Below, in pieces: positions 24,101-37,411 of a stretch of 64,000 nucleotides of DNA. Within the stretch, counting starts at the first letter, position 1, and every line of letters starts with the position of its first letter. A program made the translations under genes and the position numbers. Below the pieces are notes generated by a model. The model did no database searches. It was not told where the DNA came from and worked only from the letters and a program-made list of their open reading frames with translations. The DNA is from Chlorokybus atmophyticus (taxonomy: Eukaryota; Plantae; Mesostigma and Chlorokybus algae): assembly GCA_009103225.1 (NCBI GenBank), contig RHPI01002069.1, positions 1,346,744 to 1,410,743 on the forward strand, written 5' to 3'.

Positions 24101-25753
24101 CGATAGACTCAACTGCAAACACGTTATCATGAGTAACCTGACACCTTGCGTAGCTGTTGTTGTAATCGAGCATACGCACCTGCATTGGAGTCAGCTTAAG
24201 CGACAAGCAATCGCCCTCAGCAACCGAAACAGCTCGCAAATCCTGTAAGCCAACTTGCGTGTAAGTGTATGTAACACATGCATGTAATCGCCAGCTGGCA
24301 ATGGAGTTCCAATTGCTCCAATGAGCAGCTGTGCACTGACCACTGAAGCGATGGGAAACAGGCCGTAAGTGGTCAGGTTGACGACGCCAGTGGAGTCCGC
24401 GCTGCACAGGATTGTCATCGCGGCATCGAGCATCCCGTTCAGGTCACTGCCGACAAGCTCGGGCTTTGCACCGGGCTTTGTTGCCGTTGGAGGCAGAGGC
24501 ACGGGCGCAAAGAAGCGGTTCGCGCGATCTTCTGGATATGCAGCATTGTTGCCTCCCTGCCATACACAGCAATCACAACATGACACGGAAAAGATATCAC
24601 TAACAGCCTTAAAGCACAAGTGAATGCGCGCACGCACACGCATGTGCAATGCATGCAGCCCAATGTTGGTGTGACGCACGCATGCATGCACGCGCACCCA
24701 TCCCACCACATGTTACTTCCTCCTTACATTGTTTGCGCCTTCAAGCCAAGACATGCACGCGACTGGAGCAGAGTGGGACTTGAGCACATGGCGCTGTTCC
24801 CCCTCCTGCTCAGACAGTAGTCCAGTGGTTACTGTAAGCACACACAGCACGCCAATGGCGCTCGTGTCCTCACTGACTAACAAAGAGAGCATGCATGCAC
24901 CAATCACTAGTACAGCATGACGACTACCTCCACGTCAAGGAGTGTTATGGAGCCATCCTCGTCTCCGACAGCAAGAGCGCGACCGTCTGGTCGCCAGCAC
25001 AGCGCAGTCACGGCCGTTTCTGTTGGCATGTTGCTGCACTTAGAGCATGAACTTGAGAGTGATAAGAGTTGACTACTACCGCACCTGGTGAGATGGCCCA
25101 CAGCCTCTGCCAGTTCAGTCTGTAGACGCACAGCTGGCGGTCAGCGGTCGCGATGGCCAGCAAGTCCATGGTAGGGCTCCATGAGGCCAAATTCACCTGT
25201 AGGTGTGCGCGTGAGTGCGTGCATGCATGCGTGCGCATGTGCCTGTGCGTCTGCAGGTGCACGCATGCGTGAGTGCAAGCTTGGTCATCAACACGATGCT
25301 ACTGCTGCTTGATGAACTGTTCTGCTCTAGTAAATTTGATGTTCATATGCGTGCGAACAAAATCACCATGCGGGATATTCGTCAAGCAAAGCTGAGGCCA
25401 ACCCGCCTCTTACACATTACTGCCTGCTGCATTGTCCTTAGCGCACAGTGCAGCACCAAGGCATGCTATGCATTGCGCAATGCAGCTGTTTCATTCATAT
25501 CGCTATCAAGCCTACCGCTTGCTGCACGCATTCGTGTTTGCAAGGAACTGCACTGGATATACCAGCTCTGCCAAGCAATGGCAAGCAGTAGTCCACTCTA
25601 CAAGGGGAGTGGGGCGAGATTGAATGCTCGTGCACTAGCATGTGAGTCTAAGCAATCACTTACTGCTGAAGAAAGGGGGGTGTCCAGGAGAAGGGTGAAG
25701 CTCTCCGCCCTGCTGCCACCACCCTCTCCTCCGCTCAAACGCCGTCCCACCAT
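21193..25753 (-). CDS. APC4: Anaphase-promoting complex subunit 4 (multi-exon)
   Basis: [12 protein letters not shown]|[37 protein letters not shown]; [28 protein letters not shown]; [20 protein letters not shown]; LAPLAVS|..[23 protein letters not shown] acidic C-terminus. Confidence 0.92.
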
Positions 25754-26266
25754 GGCGCGGCGGCGACTATCGCTGCTTTTCAACCTTCAACTGTAGGTTG
25801 TGCTGAGTGGCACTGGCAGCTGACCCCACAGCTCGCCCATCACGCCGCCGCCGCCGCCACCGCCGCCATGCACTGCGGACAGGACAAGCAGCTGCTGTAT
25901 CCCGGACGCAAACCACTGTTCTCATCCTGTGCAATCGGTGTGTCAAAGTCATCTGTAGTGAGTACTCACTCTGAGTGTGACACGTGAGAAACCGCTTAGG
26001 CAATTAGCGCTTTGCCCAAGTTCACACTGTGTGCCTGCATGTGTGTTGTAGGTTGGGCTGGTGTTGTCACCAGGTACACTCGTGGGACTGACATTCCATG
26101 AAGTATAGGGTATGATTGAGGGGCCCGGATTGTAAGCAGACACATCGTAGAGAGACTAGCAGGCGATCGTGAAGCATATGTACAGCATCTCACTAGTCAC
26201 TGTCGCAGTGCAGGTACTTAACACTTTGCATTACACGCACTGCACATTCGCACCGGCACACACAAG

Positions 26267-26300
<34 letters not shown>

Positions 26301-26969
26301 CGTACGTATGAACTTGCTTGCCCTGCTCCTGCCAGTCTCAGGAAGCGTCCGGCAGACGTGGTTGTTCTATGGTAAGCTACAGCGCTGGACCGCCCTAAAT
26401 GTTGCTGCTTTGTTTGTTGATGCTTGATTTGAAGTGATTGTGACTGCGTACATGTGTTGCAGCATTGCACTCGTCAGCTTGATGAAACGTGCACAGAAGA
26501 AAACAGAAGGCTCTCTGTTTGTTTTGCCAAGACAAGTGATGATGCGAGGCCAGGAGTGCGAATCTCCACACATGGTAGTCTAACTGGCCAACGCATAGCA
26601 GACGGCAGTCCAATTTGCTTCTCGCTCATGCCATTGCATGACGGCAGCATGCCAACTTCGATATGTTGATGCGACTGCCAAGTACCACGTGACCGGATAA
26701 TCCCCTATATGACAATAACTTTGCTAGCAAAGCAATAATGGCATAAGATTGAACAGTTTGTGCATGTATGACAAAGCCACACACATCGTTCATTGTGGTC
26801 TCAGTGACAACATGAAACAAGAACTCTCGAATTACAGATTTGGCTTCTAAACTTGCCGATATGAACACGACTCGTAACAGAGTAGACAAGAACACAGCCC
26901 GTCCGGCTGGTCTATTTACACACACATACGCAGCCTGATGGTTGCAATATATACTCCTGGCACCGCCTC

Positions 26970-27798
26970 TCAGCCAAGCTGATGGTCATCCAGAAACCTT
27001 TCTGTCAGGTACCCGTTGCGGAACCTGAAAAAGAATCCCAGCCTCCTGCTGAGATACAGCAGCAGGAAGCTGTTGAAGATGCCGATGATAAACGCCACCA
27101 CACCTGCCAAGATGTGTACAATCGGTCTCTCGTACCGTCAAATTACAACCCACCCAACATGTGTCCGACTCGCACACATGTGCTCCTACCGATGGTGAGT
27201 GCGACGCGGGCTATGTGTTGCACTCGATCGACAACAACAGCATCATGCGTGGGAGGTGGGGCCGGCGCCGGCTGCGGTGAGGGTGCTACAGGTGCTACAG
27301 GTGGAGGCTCTCCGTGGGATTCCGCGGGAGCGTCATCGTCGAGCAGCTTGCGGCGAGCGGCCATTGCGTTGGTGGAGAGCACAGCTGACCCTTCTGCTAT
27401 TGATGTGACCCCGACAGCCATATAAATCGAACAGACGACGCGAATAAAGCAATGTGGGGTGAGTAGCGCACACAAACACACATATGCGTGAGCAAGGAGA
27501 CTGAAACTAGTATGAACCCAGCCGCAGTCTGTAAGCAAAACACAGTCAATGCGCAGCAGAAAGAAGAAAATTTGTTACAAATACAAACTTGCCACTCGTG
27601 CGAGATTGAATAAACTTGGACTTGCGTGGAATTCTTACCCCAGTCTTCTGGGAGCCCAGGAGCAGCTTGTGGGCCGGGAGCCACCCCATCTGCTGGCGTG
27701 TACACCGGCCCGATCTTTGCGAGGCATCCTTGCGGCAGCGCACTCAACAAACACAGCAGCGTTAAGCACAACAAACCAAGTCTCCTTCTCAGCTTCAT
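26970..27798 (-). CDS. Small single-pass type-I membrane protein with signal peptide and Pro/Ala-rich (AGP-like) ectodomain; 3 exons
   Basis: MKLRRRLGLLCLTLLCLLSALPQGCLA signal peptide. Phase-1 GT-AG junctions join it to ...MAARRKLLDDDAPAESHGEPPPVAPVAPSPQPAPAPPP... and to the TM segment VALTIGVVAFIIGIFNSFLLLYL, followed by a short basic/aromatic tail ending DDHQLG*. Confidence 0.62.
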
Positions 27799-28607
27799 GG
27801 TTGCACCTGTCAAGGAGACACCATTGGCATGAGCACCATGGGCAAATGTGCGTGCGTTGTTGTGTCTGCGCGTGTACGTGTGCGTTGTTTGCAAGCAAGC
27901 GTGCCAGTCGTAGTCGCACACACGCTGACTGTGGTTTGCGCGTGGACCAAGACGTCACACATAGGAGCTTGCAAGGACCTAACCGGGATGAACTTAAAGT
28001 CACTGAAGCCTATCCACCATGCTGTCGAAGCATACACGTGACATTATGGTTAAATGTTGAAAAGGAATACGCTGTGACGCAATGCCGAGTAACATATAAG
28101 CACATGAGGCTGCTGGCTGTCTGTCCCTTCAACTTCTAGCTGCGCTTACAGGGTGATTGAAAGCAACGGACTGGGTTGTTTGTATTGCAAGCAAGTTCAG
28201 ACGGCAAAGCATTACGTCTTTGTCTTTCGACAATACCAAAGGCAACCAAGCAACATCGGCTTGCGCATTGACCCTTCAACGCCTCTACTGTACATGGCTT
28301 CCAGTCTTGCAGTCGCACAACCAACTACACTCACCGCGTGCTGGCCCGCCCCAGAATGCCCCGCACACCCAGCCACCTGGCAGCTGCTTACTCCTTGCCA
28401 AGTGCTGCGTGCCAAAGCTAGATTCACCGCCGCCGCCGCCCGCTGCTAGCAACAGCACACACTCCACCATACCAGCAAGCAACAAGCCGGACGTCATCTG
28501 TCAAATTGCTTAGCTGATCTTTGGCGGAGGCGGGAGACGGAGGGCAGCGGTGGAGGAGGGCGACGGTGGTGTTGTGGTTAACGTTAACGAGGGAGCTGTT
28601 TTGTGCT

Positions 28608-30833
28608 ATGGCTCGCACGGGCGAGGAGGGCAGCCCTGTCGTGCTGCACGTGTACGACCTGAGCGGCGGAATGGCTCGGCAGATGTCGCAGGCGTTCCTG
28701 GGCCGGAGGATTGACGCTATCTGGTAAGAGTGGTACTGACTACGCTGGTTCAAGCTTGCTTGTTGGTTTGATGAGATAAGCGCAGCATGGCGTGAGGTCG
28801 TCGTGCACGTGTGCAACTGCTCAGCCAGCGTCCCGTTCGTGGCTTGTGAGAATACACAAGCGCACGCGTGCACTTATCTGGACAGGGTTGTTGCAGTTGC
28901 ACATGCTTTTGCGCATCGCATAATCTTACAGCATAGACAAACCTTCGCATGCAACTATGTGCGGCACGCCACGTGCCAGTGAAATTTTCTCACTGCTTTC
29001 GAGCAACAATTGGTTTGCTGAGTTTAACCGAGCACTGACTTTTTTATTTCCTGCGTGTGCCACTGCTGTGCTACGGACGCTCACAGGCATACAGGTCCGC
29101 AGCATGCATGTTCACTTTGTCGTGTACTGCATGTTTTCATGCACATGTTGTGTTGGGCTGCTGCTCTTGCACATCACATACATCAGCTGTTGCATAGGGA
29201 TTGTGGTTTTTGGGCGTGAGTACTTTTACGGTGGCGGCATGGGTATCGCAAGCGCGCTGCCGGTGAGTAAGTTGGAGCCTTGTGTGCTTATAGTTCACGT
29301 GCTCTTATACATGCATGACCATATGCTCGGGTGTGCGTGTTTTGCAGAGTTGCACTCCTTATGGACGTCCTCTTGAAACTGTGTTACTTGGAAGGACGAA
29401 CCTCCCACAAGAGGTGTTTGCCGACTTCTTGGAGGTGAGAGCACCCAATATCAGTGTGGTTTGCATCTGCATCCTGCTATGGTTCGATCATGTCTCACAA
29501 TTGGAGAGCTTATGCTGATGCGGCAGGACCTGAGCTTGCGGTTCAGCCCCACCTCATACTCGCTGCTCACCAACAACTGCAACAACTTCACCAATGAAGT
29601 TGCAGAGTTCTTGACGGGCAACGGCATTCCTGCGCACATCACAGGACTTCCCAACGACGTCCTGTCCACGCCTTTCGGTGCCATGCTTGGTATGTCGCAC
29701 ATGTTTGCAGTGCACAACTGCTATGTTGAAGCGGAGCTGATGACTTGTCTTGTCATCAGCCCCACTTGTTCAACAATTTGAGACTGCGATGGGTTTGGGA
29801 GCCAACGTGCAACCATTGCATGCAGCATCCGCGCCGTCAACTCCATCACAAATAGGTAAACCAGAGCAACAAACAAGTGTGCTGCAGCGCACGTGCAATG
29901 TGTACAGTTGAGTCTTTGGCTACTAGCAAGGTTGTTTGCGTGTTGACACATGCCTGATGGTGCTTTTCCAGCACCAGTCACCACCACAGCGACTGAACCA
30001 GTGGCAAGCAGTTCTATTGTTGTTGAGCCGACAGCTGCAGTCGCTTCAACCCCTATACCGATACCCAGCACATCCAAAGACACACATCCCGGGTGCACGC
30101 GTCATCGCGAAGACTTTGCGCTGATAAATGCAGCCTCAACAGAGCTGGCAACAAGTGAGAGTTGCATGCGCAGCGGTACTTGTATGTATTGCACATTACT
30201 TGTAAGTAGCATTGCAAGTTGTTCATTTGCTGTGTACATCACGAGCAAAGACATGTGCAAACAAGTGGCGCTTGCAGTGAACGAGCTGGCGGTGAGACCG
30301 GTATCAACCACGCCGTCATTGCTCTCGCCGCCGCCTACACCGCCACCAACACCCGCAAGCGGGTCAATAACACCCCGCCTTCATTTCAAGACAGGATCCA
30401 CGAGCGCCTCACCCGCCGACTCCCAGATTGTCGCAGAGTTCCCCGCTATAGCAGCTGCTGGACCCACCCCGTCTGGTCAAACAGCTGATGCAGCCAGGCC
30501 AGTGAAGCCAGATCGCGAAGACTTTCAGGTGTGCATGACTCAGCCTGTGAGCACGGTAGCGCTGATGTGTTGCGTATGTTGGTACGAATGAGCCACTGAG
30601 TGCGTGCGCGCGTGCGTCCGCGCATGTGCGTTCAGTATGACAAATGCTACTTGTGGCTGTGTTGCGAATATGCTGACACGGTTGCATTGTCTCAGAGGGC
30701 TGTGGCGGCTGAGTTTGCCGAAATCATGGCCGAGGGTGGGAAAACGGCGAACCAAGCTGCTTCATTAGCTATTCAGCGAGTTGCGGCATTGCAGAGAACC
30801 AACTCGCATGGGAAAAGCAGGCTATCCTCGTGA
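28608..30833 (+). CDS. DESI1: DeSI/PPPDE-family desumoylating isopeptidase (multi-exon)
   Basis: VVLHVYDLSGGMARQMSQAFLGRRIDAIW|HTGIVVFGREYFYGGG; YSLLTNNCNNFTNEVAEFLTGNGIP (catalytic NCN); plant-type C-terminus AEFAEIMAEG...AASLA. Confidence 0.92.
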
Positions 30834-31384
30834 CTGCTTTAACAGCTGGAGTTTCTAATAAGTGATCATGATCTCCGCAAAAGTGTGATGACAATGTCTG
30901 CAATGAATTGCAGACATTGTCATCACACTGCAGCTAACGGTCGCAGTTCAATTCGGCATGCATGTTTTGGGTTGCAAGAGTGCATTGCAACCGTGGGTGT
31001 TTTCCAACAAGGGTATGCGCATCGCGCAGATTCCAGCTGCAGGGCTTCTGTATTGCATAATTTGAATGAGAGCCAGCGCTAACCATGTGGTTTGTTGGTC
31101 AGCCATGTTAAGCACACGATGCGCAAACAATGGCAACTTATGGCAAGCTTATTGTAACACTTAACTTGCCTGAGAGAAAATTGAGCAGTTAAGGGCTGAT
31201 TGGCATGGTCCTTCAATGCACAAAAGATGCAATGGGCACCGTCTTGATCATGGTGGTTATCAACATTGAATCCATGATCATGCTATCGTTACCTTCGGGC
31301 GTTACACTTGCATGGTTTACGATTTCAACAAACACGATTTTGCATGCACGCATAAGTTGATGCATGTGTTGTTAATGAATCATC

Positions 31385-31650
31385 ACAGCAGGCGTGGTGT
31401 TGCCGAGGACGAGGCAGCGAAACGACGCAAGTACGTTAATGTTACCAACCTTGTAGCACCTTTTACCCGCTGACGATGGACACGCATGGCATGCTGGGGG
31501 AGGACTTTAAGCACCGCCTGCGCACGCCACATCATGACGGCGCAAGGAGCGAAACCTGGAGTTCGTGCGCCTCTGCCATTCGGGTGTGGCTTACGCCACG
31601 TAACGTGCACATGCAATGGCGATATGCAGCAAAGCACAGCAGCGGTGGCG
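31385..31650 (+). mobile_element. 3' fragment of a CRE-like (restriction-like endonuclease) non-LTR retrotransposon
   Basis: EDEAAKRRKY...FYPLTMDTHGMLGEDF...VAYATxRAHAMAI across frameshifts. It parallels AAKCRKY...FHLLVMELYGTLQEDF...VACALQGAQAMAI at 61.8-62.1 kb. Confidence 0.6.
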
Positions 31651-32056
31651 GCGATGAGAGGTTGGACACTATGATGGCCTGAGGACCTTGCCCATGAGGG
31701 CAGATGCAGCACTTGCGTAGGTGGATGTCGACTATACGTATGCTGCTTGTTTTTATGTGCCATGCATGTGCCGTGTGTCATACAATGCGAAACGGTAATG
31801 CACATGCATAGTGGCATGCACAGTTAGCAGCATGCAGAGTGACATAGCGCATACGAACAACACCATTGTCAGGTTGACCACCGGGTTCATTCACTACCTC
31901 ACACGCTGCACTATCCCTACCACCCCGTTAGCCATGTAAGCATGCATATGCATATGCGTTCACCACTGCGTCATACACCATGTGTGTAAAGCAATATATA
32001 TGTAAGTGTAATGCAGTTGCAGTGTTAAGGCAGCCCACACACAGTATCATTACAAA

Positions 32057-32352
32057 NNNNNNNNNNNNNNNNNNNNNNNNNNNNNNNNNNNNNNNNNNNN
32101 NNNNNNNNNNNNNNNNNNNNNNNNNNNNNNNNNNNNNNNNNNNNNNNNNNNNNNNNNNNNNNNNNNNNNNNNNNNNNNNNNNNNNNNNNNNNNNNNNNNN
32201 NNNNNNNNNNNNNNNNNNNNNNNNNNNNNNNNNNNNNNNNNNNNNNNNNNNNNNNNNNNNNNNNNNNNNNNNNNNNNNNNNNNNNNNNNNNNNNNNNNNN
32301 NNNNNNNNNNNNNNNNNNNNNNNNNNNNNNNNNNNNNNNNNNNNNNNNNNNN
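32057..32352. other. Assembly gap (N run)
   Basis: Read directly. Confidence 1.
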
Positions 32353-33004
32353 GGGGGGCAGACCAGCGCTTGTAAACTGCCAAGCTATGGCACAACTAGC
32401 ATAACAACCACAAGCAGGCATAGCAGGGGATGAGGGACGGAGAGGTTTAAGCACGAAGTGACCACATGCGCAGCAGGTGTGTGTGGGTGTGGGGGGGTGG
32501 GTGATGCGGGAGGTTTGCGCGGATGCAGACAACATTATGCATGCCTCCATAGTGAGTTACAATGTCTACAAAGGCGTACTTGAAGCATGAAGTGAAGGGA
32601 GGGGTTAAACACCTAGGTGTAAGCAGGTATCACGGTGTTGTATTGCACAGCCCGCTCGTCTAGGTTTTATGAACAGAGAAGGACGAAGCGTCACAGCCTA
32701 CCGACGCGTAGACCCGACGTCGCGTCCATAATTGCTGAAAACCTTATATTCGCCGGACTCTCTCATTGGGTTGCAACTCGCAAGTCATGAGTCATGACTC
32801 GCAATGACTCGCAACGCGCCGGACAACGTCAAAGCGCTGGCCTGCCTGGTGCAGCAGAGGAAAACCTGGGCGTGTGGCCAGGTCGTGGCAGAGTGGCAGG
32901 AAGAGGACGCGGAGGAGGACGACGAGGTGAAGGAGAAAGACGGCGGTGAGATCTTGTGTCAGGGTGCGGCGGGCGGAAGCAACGGGGCTGGCGTTCAGCT
33001 AGCC

Positions 33005-35153
33005 ATGGCGGCCGCCGCCGCCGCCCTGGTGTCGTCCTCGTCGGCAGGGGCGGCGGGGAGCGATGCGGCGGGGGCGTTCCCGGACGTGGGCATGTTCGAC
33101 CACTTCGACATGGGCGAGGACGACGTTGTTGGCGGAGCCTCCATCACCGCGCTGTCGTCCCTCCTCGGCGTGGAACAGGTCAGAAGGCTAGACTGTTGTT
33201 GTGGCTACAGCTTGCAGCTTCTACCCTTGGCATACATTCCCTTGCACACGTACACACTTGCTCAGCTTGCATTATCCTTCTCACGCAGGATGGAGGGCAA
33301 GGCGGCCAGGATGGGACCAGGTGACTTATTTGTGTCAACATGGTATTGATTCGTGGATGGTCAAGTAGCATAGCAGTAGTGATGACAGCAGTAGCCTTGC
33401 AAGCCCAATGCTACTGCTGCCGCAGTTCAGCTTACTTGCAGCTGGTCTTCGTTGCGTGTGTGCAGCGGGTTAGAGAATGTTTGGGGTGCTGCGGTTGGTG
33501 CGGAGGAGCTGCTTCTGGAACAAAAACCCATAGTAAGTGCGCTGAGGCCTGGGCTTATGCAGTGACACTGCTTTACGCAACTGCATCTAATGCATATGTT
33601 GTGGAGAGACATTCCAGGTAAGTAGCTCCTTGAGTGTTCATCTCTTGCACTGTAGCCACCATGCATTACAGCTTTGCTGCAAGCTATTGTGTGCTGAGTT
33701 GTGAGCATATATGGCTTTGTCGCTGTTATTACAGACGCCCCAACTAGTACCTTCGGTTTCGCTAAGATGCCAACCTTTGCTCATGCTTGTTTGCCCGCTA
33801 ACGAGTGCATGAGCAGGTTCCAAGGTGTTGTCTCGGTACGCCGCCATTTTTGCAAGATTGGACCGTTGATGAGCAGAGAATTCTCGAAGAAGGCCTTCAG
33901 AGGTAGAGTGCCAACAACAGTGGCAGTATTGTTTGTGGGTTGTTACATGTTGATTCTGCCTGTGTGCAAGAGCTGCTCTGCGCCTACCCGTTGCACATGC
34001 GTATGTTTGTTTGTGCAGGTATCCTGCTGATAAGATGAGCAACGTGATGCGTTATGTTCGCATCGCTGCTATGTTGCCTGAAAAGAGCGTACGGGACGTT
34101 GCCTTGCGCGCTCGCTGGATGTCGGTAAGGACTAGCGCATCATGCGTGAACCCTCTCCGCTACAGGCATTGTATTTAGCGTAGCGTGATGCTGGTTGTCT
34201 TGAACCAACTGTGTTTTGTTGTTGTGTGTTGAGTAGCGCAAAGACAACGGCAAGCGGCGGAAGCCTCTTGAAGAAAGCGTGGTGGCCAAAAAGCCGCGCG
34301 ATAAGAAGGTATGCGACTGAGCAGACGAAACAGTTTGGTTGAAGCTCATGATTATTGCAGATGACGGTAGCTGTTTTGATGTACCTCAGTGACTTGTCTT
34401 CGCTCAAGTTGGACATGCGTCATCAACACCAATTACACAGCGCACCTTACCTGTGTAGTCTGCTGTGGCGTATCTTTCAATCAATCAAGCAATCAGTGTA
34501 CGCAGTAACACATCATGTGCTGATCAGGTTCAGCCTGCGCCACACATTGTCGCCAAGCCGCTTCCACCAGTGCCTGCATTGTTGCCTGTTGAGACACCCT
34601 CACCACTTGAAGCATGCGATGGTAGGTTGCATGACCGACCTTTCCAAGAGCTGCGTTTCATGCTCAGCTTGTTTATGACTTGTCTGCTGTGCTCTTTGCT
34701 ACTCATAGTATGCTTTTTGCTTTGCAGGAAGCGAGACTGGCCGCCTTCTGGAGATGAACACAGCAGTTGCCAACACCATCAAGCAGAATCTGGTGCATTG
34801 CAAGGTGAGCACCTATATTCTCTGAAGGCTAGCCTGAAGGTTTCTTGTTCTTTTATGAAGCCAGCAGCAGTACAACATCTCCTTGCAACCAGGTCGAGGA
34901 GAACGGCGCCTTGCTTGCACGCATGCGGGACAACATATTGGCCATCATGAATGGGTGCGATATGCAGCCTTTAGTTTCCTCCATCTTTCATGATTTGACG
35001 TATGTCGGCAAGTGATCATGTGTATGTGTGTCAACCAGGTTGACAAGCATGCCAGGCATCACTTCGATGCCACCGTTGCCTATCAAGATGGATTTAGAGC
35101 TCGCGAACACCTATCTGCCCCCGAGCCTTCCCACCATGACATCAACTTCATGA
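33005..35153 (+). CDS. DUF3755-family Myb/SANT-like protein (multi-exon; start uncertain)
   Basis: DWTVDEQRILEEGLQR|YPADKMSNVMRYVRIAAMLPEKSVRDVALRARWMS; DUF3755 domain RLLEMNTAVANTIKQNLVHCK|VEENGALLARMRDNILAIMNG|LTSMPGITSMPPLPIKMDLELANTYL. The frame is also open upstream to 32804. Confidence 0.88.
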
Positions 35154-36092
35154 CCTGTGCTCAGCAAGCACCCACAACAGTCGGCGCATTTTTGGCTTCG
35201 CTCCCTCGTCCTGCGCGCGCATCATCGGCCACTTGGTCTACAACCCTTGCGTGTTGTTGTATTTTGTTTTCGTAGTTAGCATGTGTATCTGCTTTGCAGA
35301 GCGGCTATTGCAGCAGCATACTGCTATTCTTCCATGCTCGTACTGTGCGCTTGTGTTAGTTGTGGTTTATGTAGCCGCTTGCTCTCGAGCGGCTGTAGAC
35401 TTGTTTGTAGGCTTGGACGCAGATTTTGACTGCGCTTTCTCTTCTTGTAGCCCTACCGGTATGTAACCATATTAGTCCTTGTATAGGACTGTACTTGTCT
35501 AACATGTGCCAGTGTGTACGCAAAATGCAGGACACAATTGCCCTCAGTGTTAGCAGGCTGGAGCTATGTGATTGCCCACAGCTGTCGTATCACTTGTGCA
35601 GGGGAACCTTCAAATTGCACTTGTAAGACATGGGCTGCATGTCATTGCCCAAACAGTACCATCTTGGCATTGGGGCATCGGTTTCATGTCAAGTTGTTTA
35701 TTGGCTGTGGTAGCGGCCTACTTCACAGCGCAAAAGGACTCCCATGCAACTCAATCTCTCTGCCAAGGCGCAAGGAATCACAGCCTACGTGTCCATACCT
35801 ACCGCAGCAGTCATAATATAACGACAACACTATCTACTCTACTTCACCAGCAACTAAGCGAGGATAGCAGTATGTCCTCACATGTACGCGCATGTGTAGC
35901 CCAGGTTGGGTGGTCACCATCAGTGCCTCAAACAATGTGGGCTGTTGAGTGCAGGGGCTGCCAGCCAGGCATAGCAGCCACATCAGCTGACCCGAGCCGC
36001 AGGGCCTATGCCTGCACACGCTGCAAGGTACAAGCGAGCCTTGCGTGCTGTTTGCATGCTGGTTACTGGATTGATAATTTAAACTGGCACAG

Positions 36093-36880
36093 TTAATGAG
36101 AGTGCTTCATGGTGTGGTGAGTAGACTGCTCATGCATGTGCGTGTCACACTCTCATGCATGGCACAATCCTTGCATTCTCTTTATTATACACTCCATGCC
36201 CTGGTTGGTGTGGCCATCCCATGCCAGAGGTCAGCCCAGTCCGCTCATGCAGTTGAGCTGAGCGGCTGGCTACCCTATGTTGAGGCTTAGGGCGTGCATG
36301 TCACTGTGCTATGGTGTGGTGTGGTTGGGTGAGTGCTTGACCGGGAGCACCCTGCATGTGTAATTGGCTAGTTGATAGCTGGAGTTAGTGCCCACCCCAC
36401 TAGCCATGCAAAGCAATGCACAAGACCAAGTCACAAGTGAAAGTACATGGGGAGCAGCGAAGTCTGCCCATGTCATCAAAGTAGGCGCACACAGCCGCGA
36501 CATGCACTGCCCGCAAAGGGAGGTTCCGTGCCTGCCGTACATGCATGCGTGCGTGTACTGACAAAACCCTGAGGCTGCAGTTGACAAGACGGCAGTAGGC
36601 GGGCGGAGGTGGCGGCGGGGGTGTGGGTGACGCAGGAGGGGGAGTCCGTTTGGGTCTGCTGATGGTGTGGTCGCTACTGCGGGAGCAAGACCGCTAACCA
36701 ACGCGCATGTGCAGGTGATGACGCATGCATGTCTAATGCGGTATGGGCAGTAGAGAAGGTAGGTAGGCAGCAGCGAGCTTAGCAGCCCGGCGATTAATGA
36801 GAGTGCTTCATGGTGTGGTGAGTAGGCTGCTCATGCATGTGCGTGTCACACTCTCATGTATGGCACAATCCTTGCACTCT
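36093..36880 (+). mobile_element. Non-coding repeat element bounded by ~87-bp direct repeats (pseudo-LTR-like)
   Basis: 36093-36180 and 36794-36880 are nearly identical (offset 701). The interior shares blocks with 4170-4360, which lies downstream of Penelope-like RT copy A. Confidence 0.6.
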
Positions 36881-37411
36881 ATTGATTGTACTCTAGTGTC
36901 TCAACGAAAAGCTTCTATTAGAACCAAACAACGTCGACAGTCCAACTTCTGACAATAAAAGCCCGGATATACTTTCCTTGTGTAAAGCGCTATCATGGTC
37001 CCATGATCATGATCCCATAACTATAATGAAGACACCGCCTCCTCAACTGGCTTTGGATGTGCTCATCAGCATAGGTTTGAACTTGCTTGGTTTGCTAACT
37101 GCTTACCCACCCACACCTTCACAACGGCAGCTGACTACGCCAGCCTCCGGACACTGTTGGCAACACAGTTGACAGGTCGGCGCGCATTATCCAAATGCGT
37201 GCAACTCTTCACGCTGAAGGCTCAGGGCTTTGCAGTGTTCGGCAGTGCTCGACATCATGAACTTGATGCGCGCCTGCGTACGCGCCGATCCTCGTGAACA
37301 CAACAACACGCTAGCTGTTGCCCCCAGTCAGGTTTGCATAGGCTAGCAAGCTGGAGGGGGACAAAGAGTGCATGATAAGTTGGCGGCAACAGGCGGCCAC
37401 CCTCGTAGACC

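Noticed and set aside
35572-36096. 174-aa ORF with CxxC pairs
   Set aside because: Cys/His/Met-rich ORFs arise throughout this TGCA-rich DNA, and there is no coherent domain or splice support.
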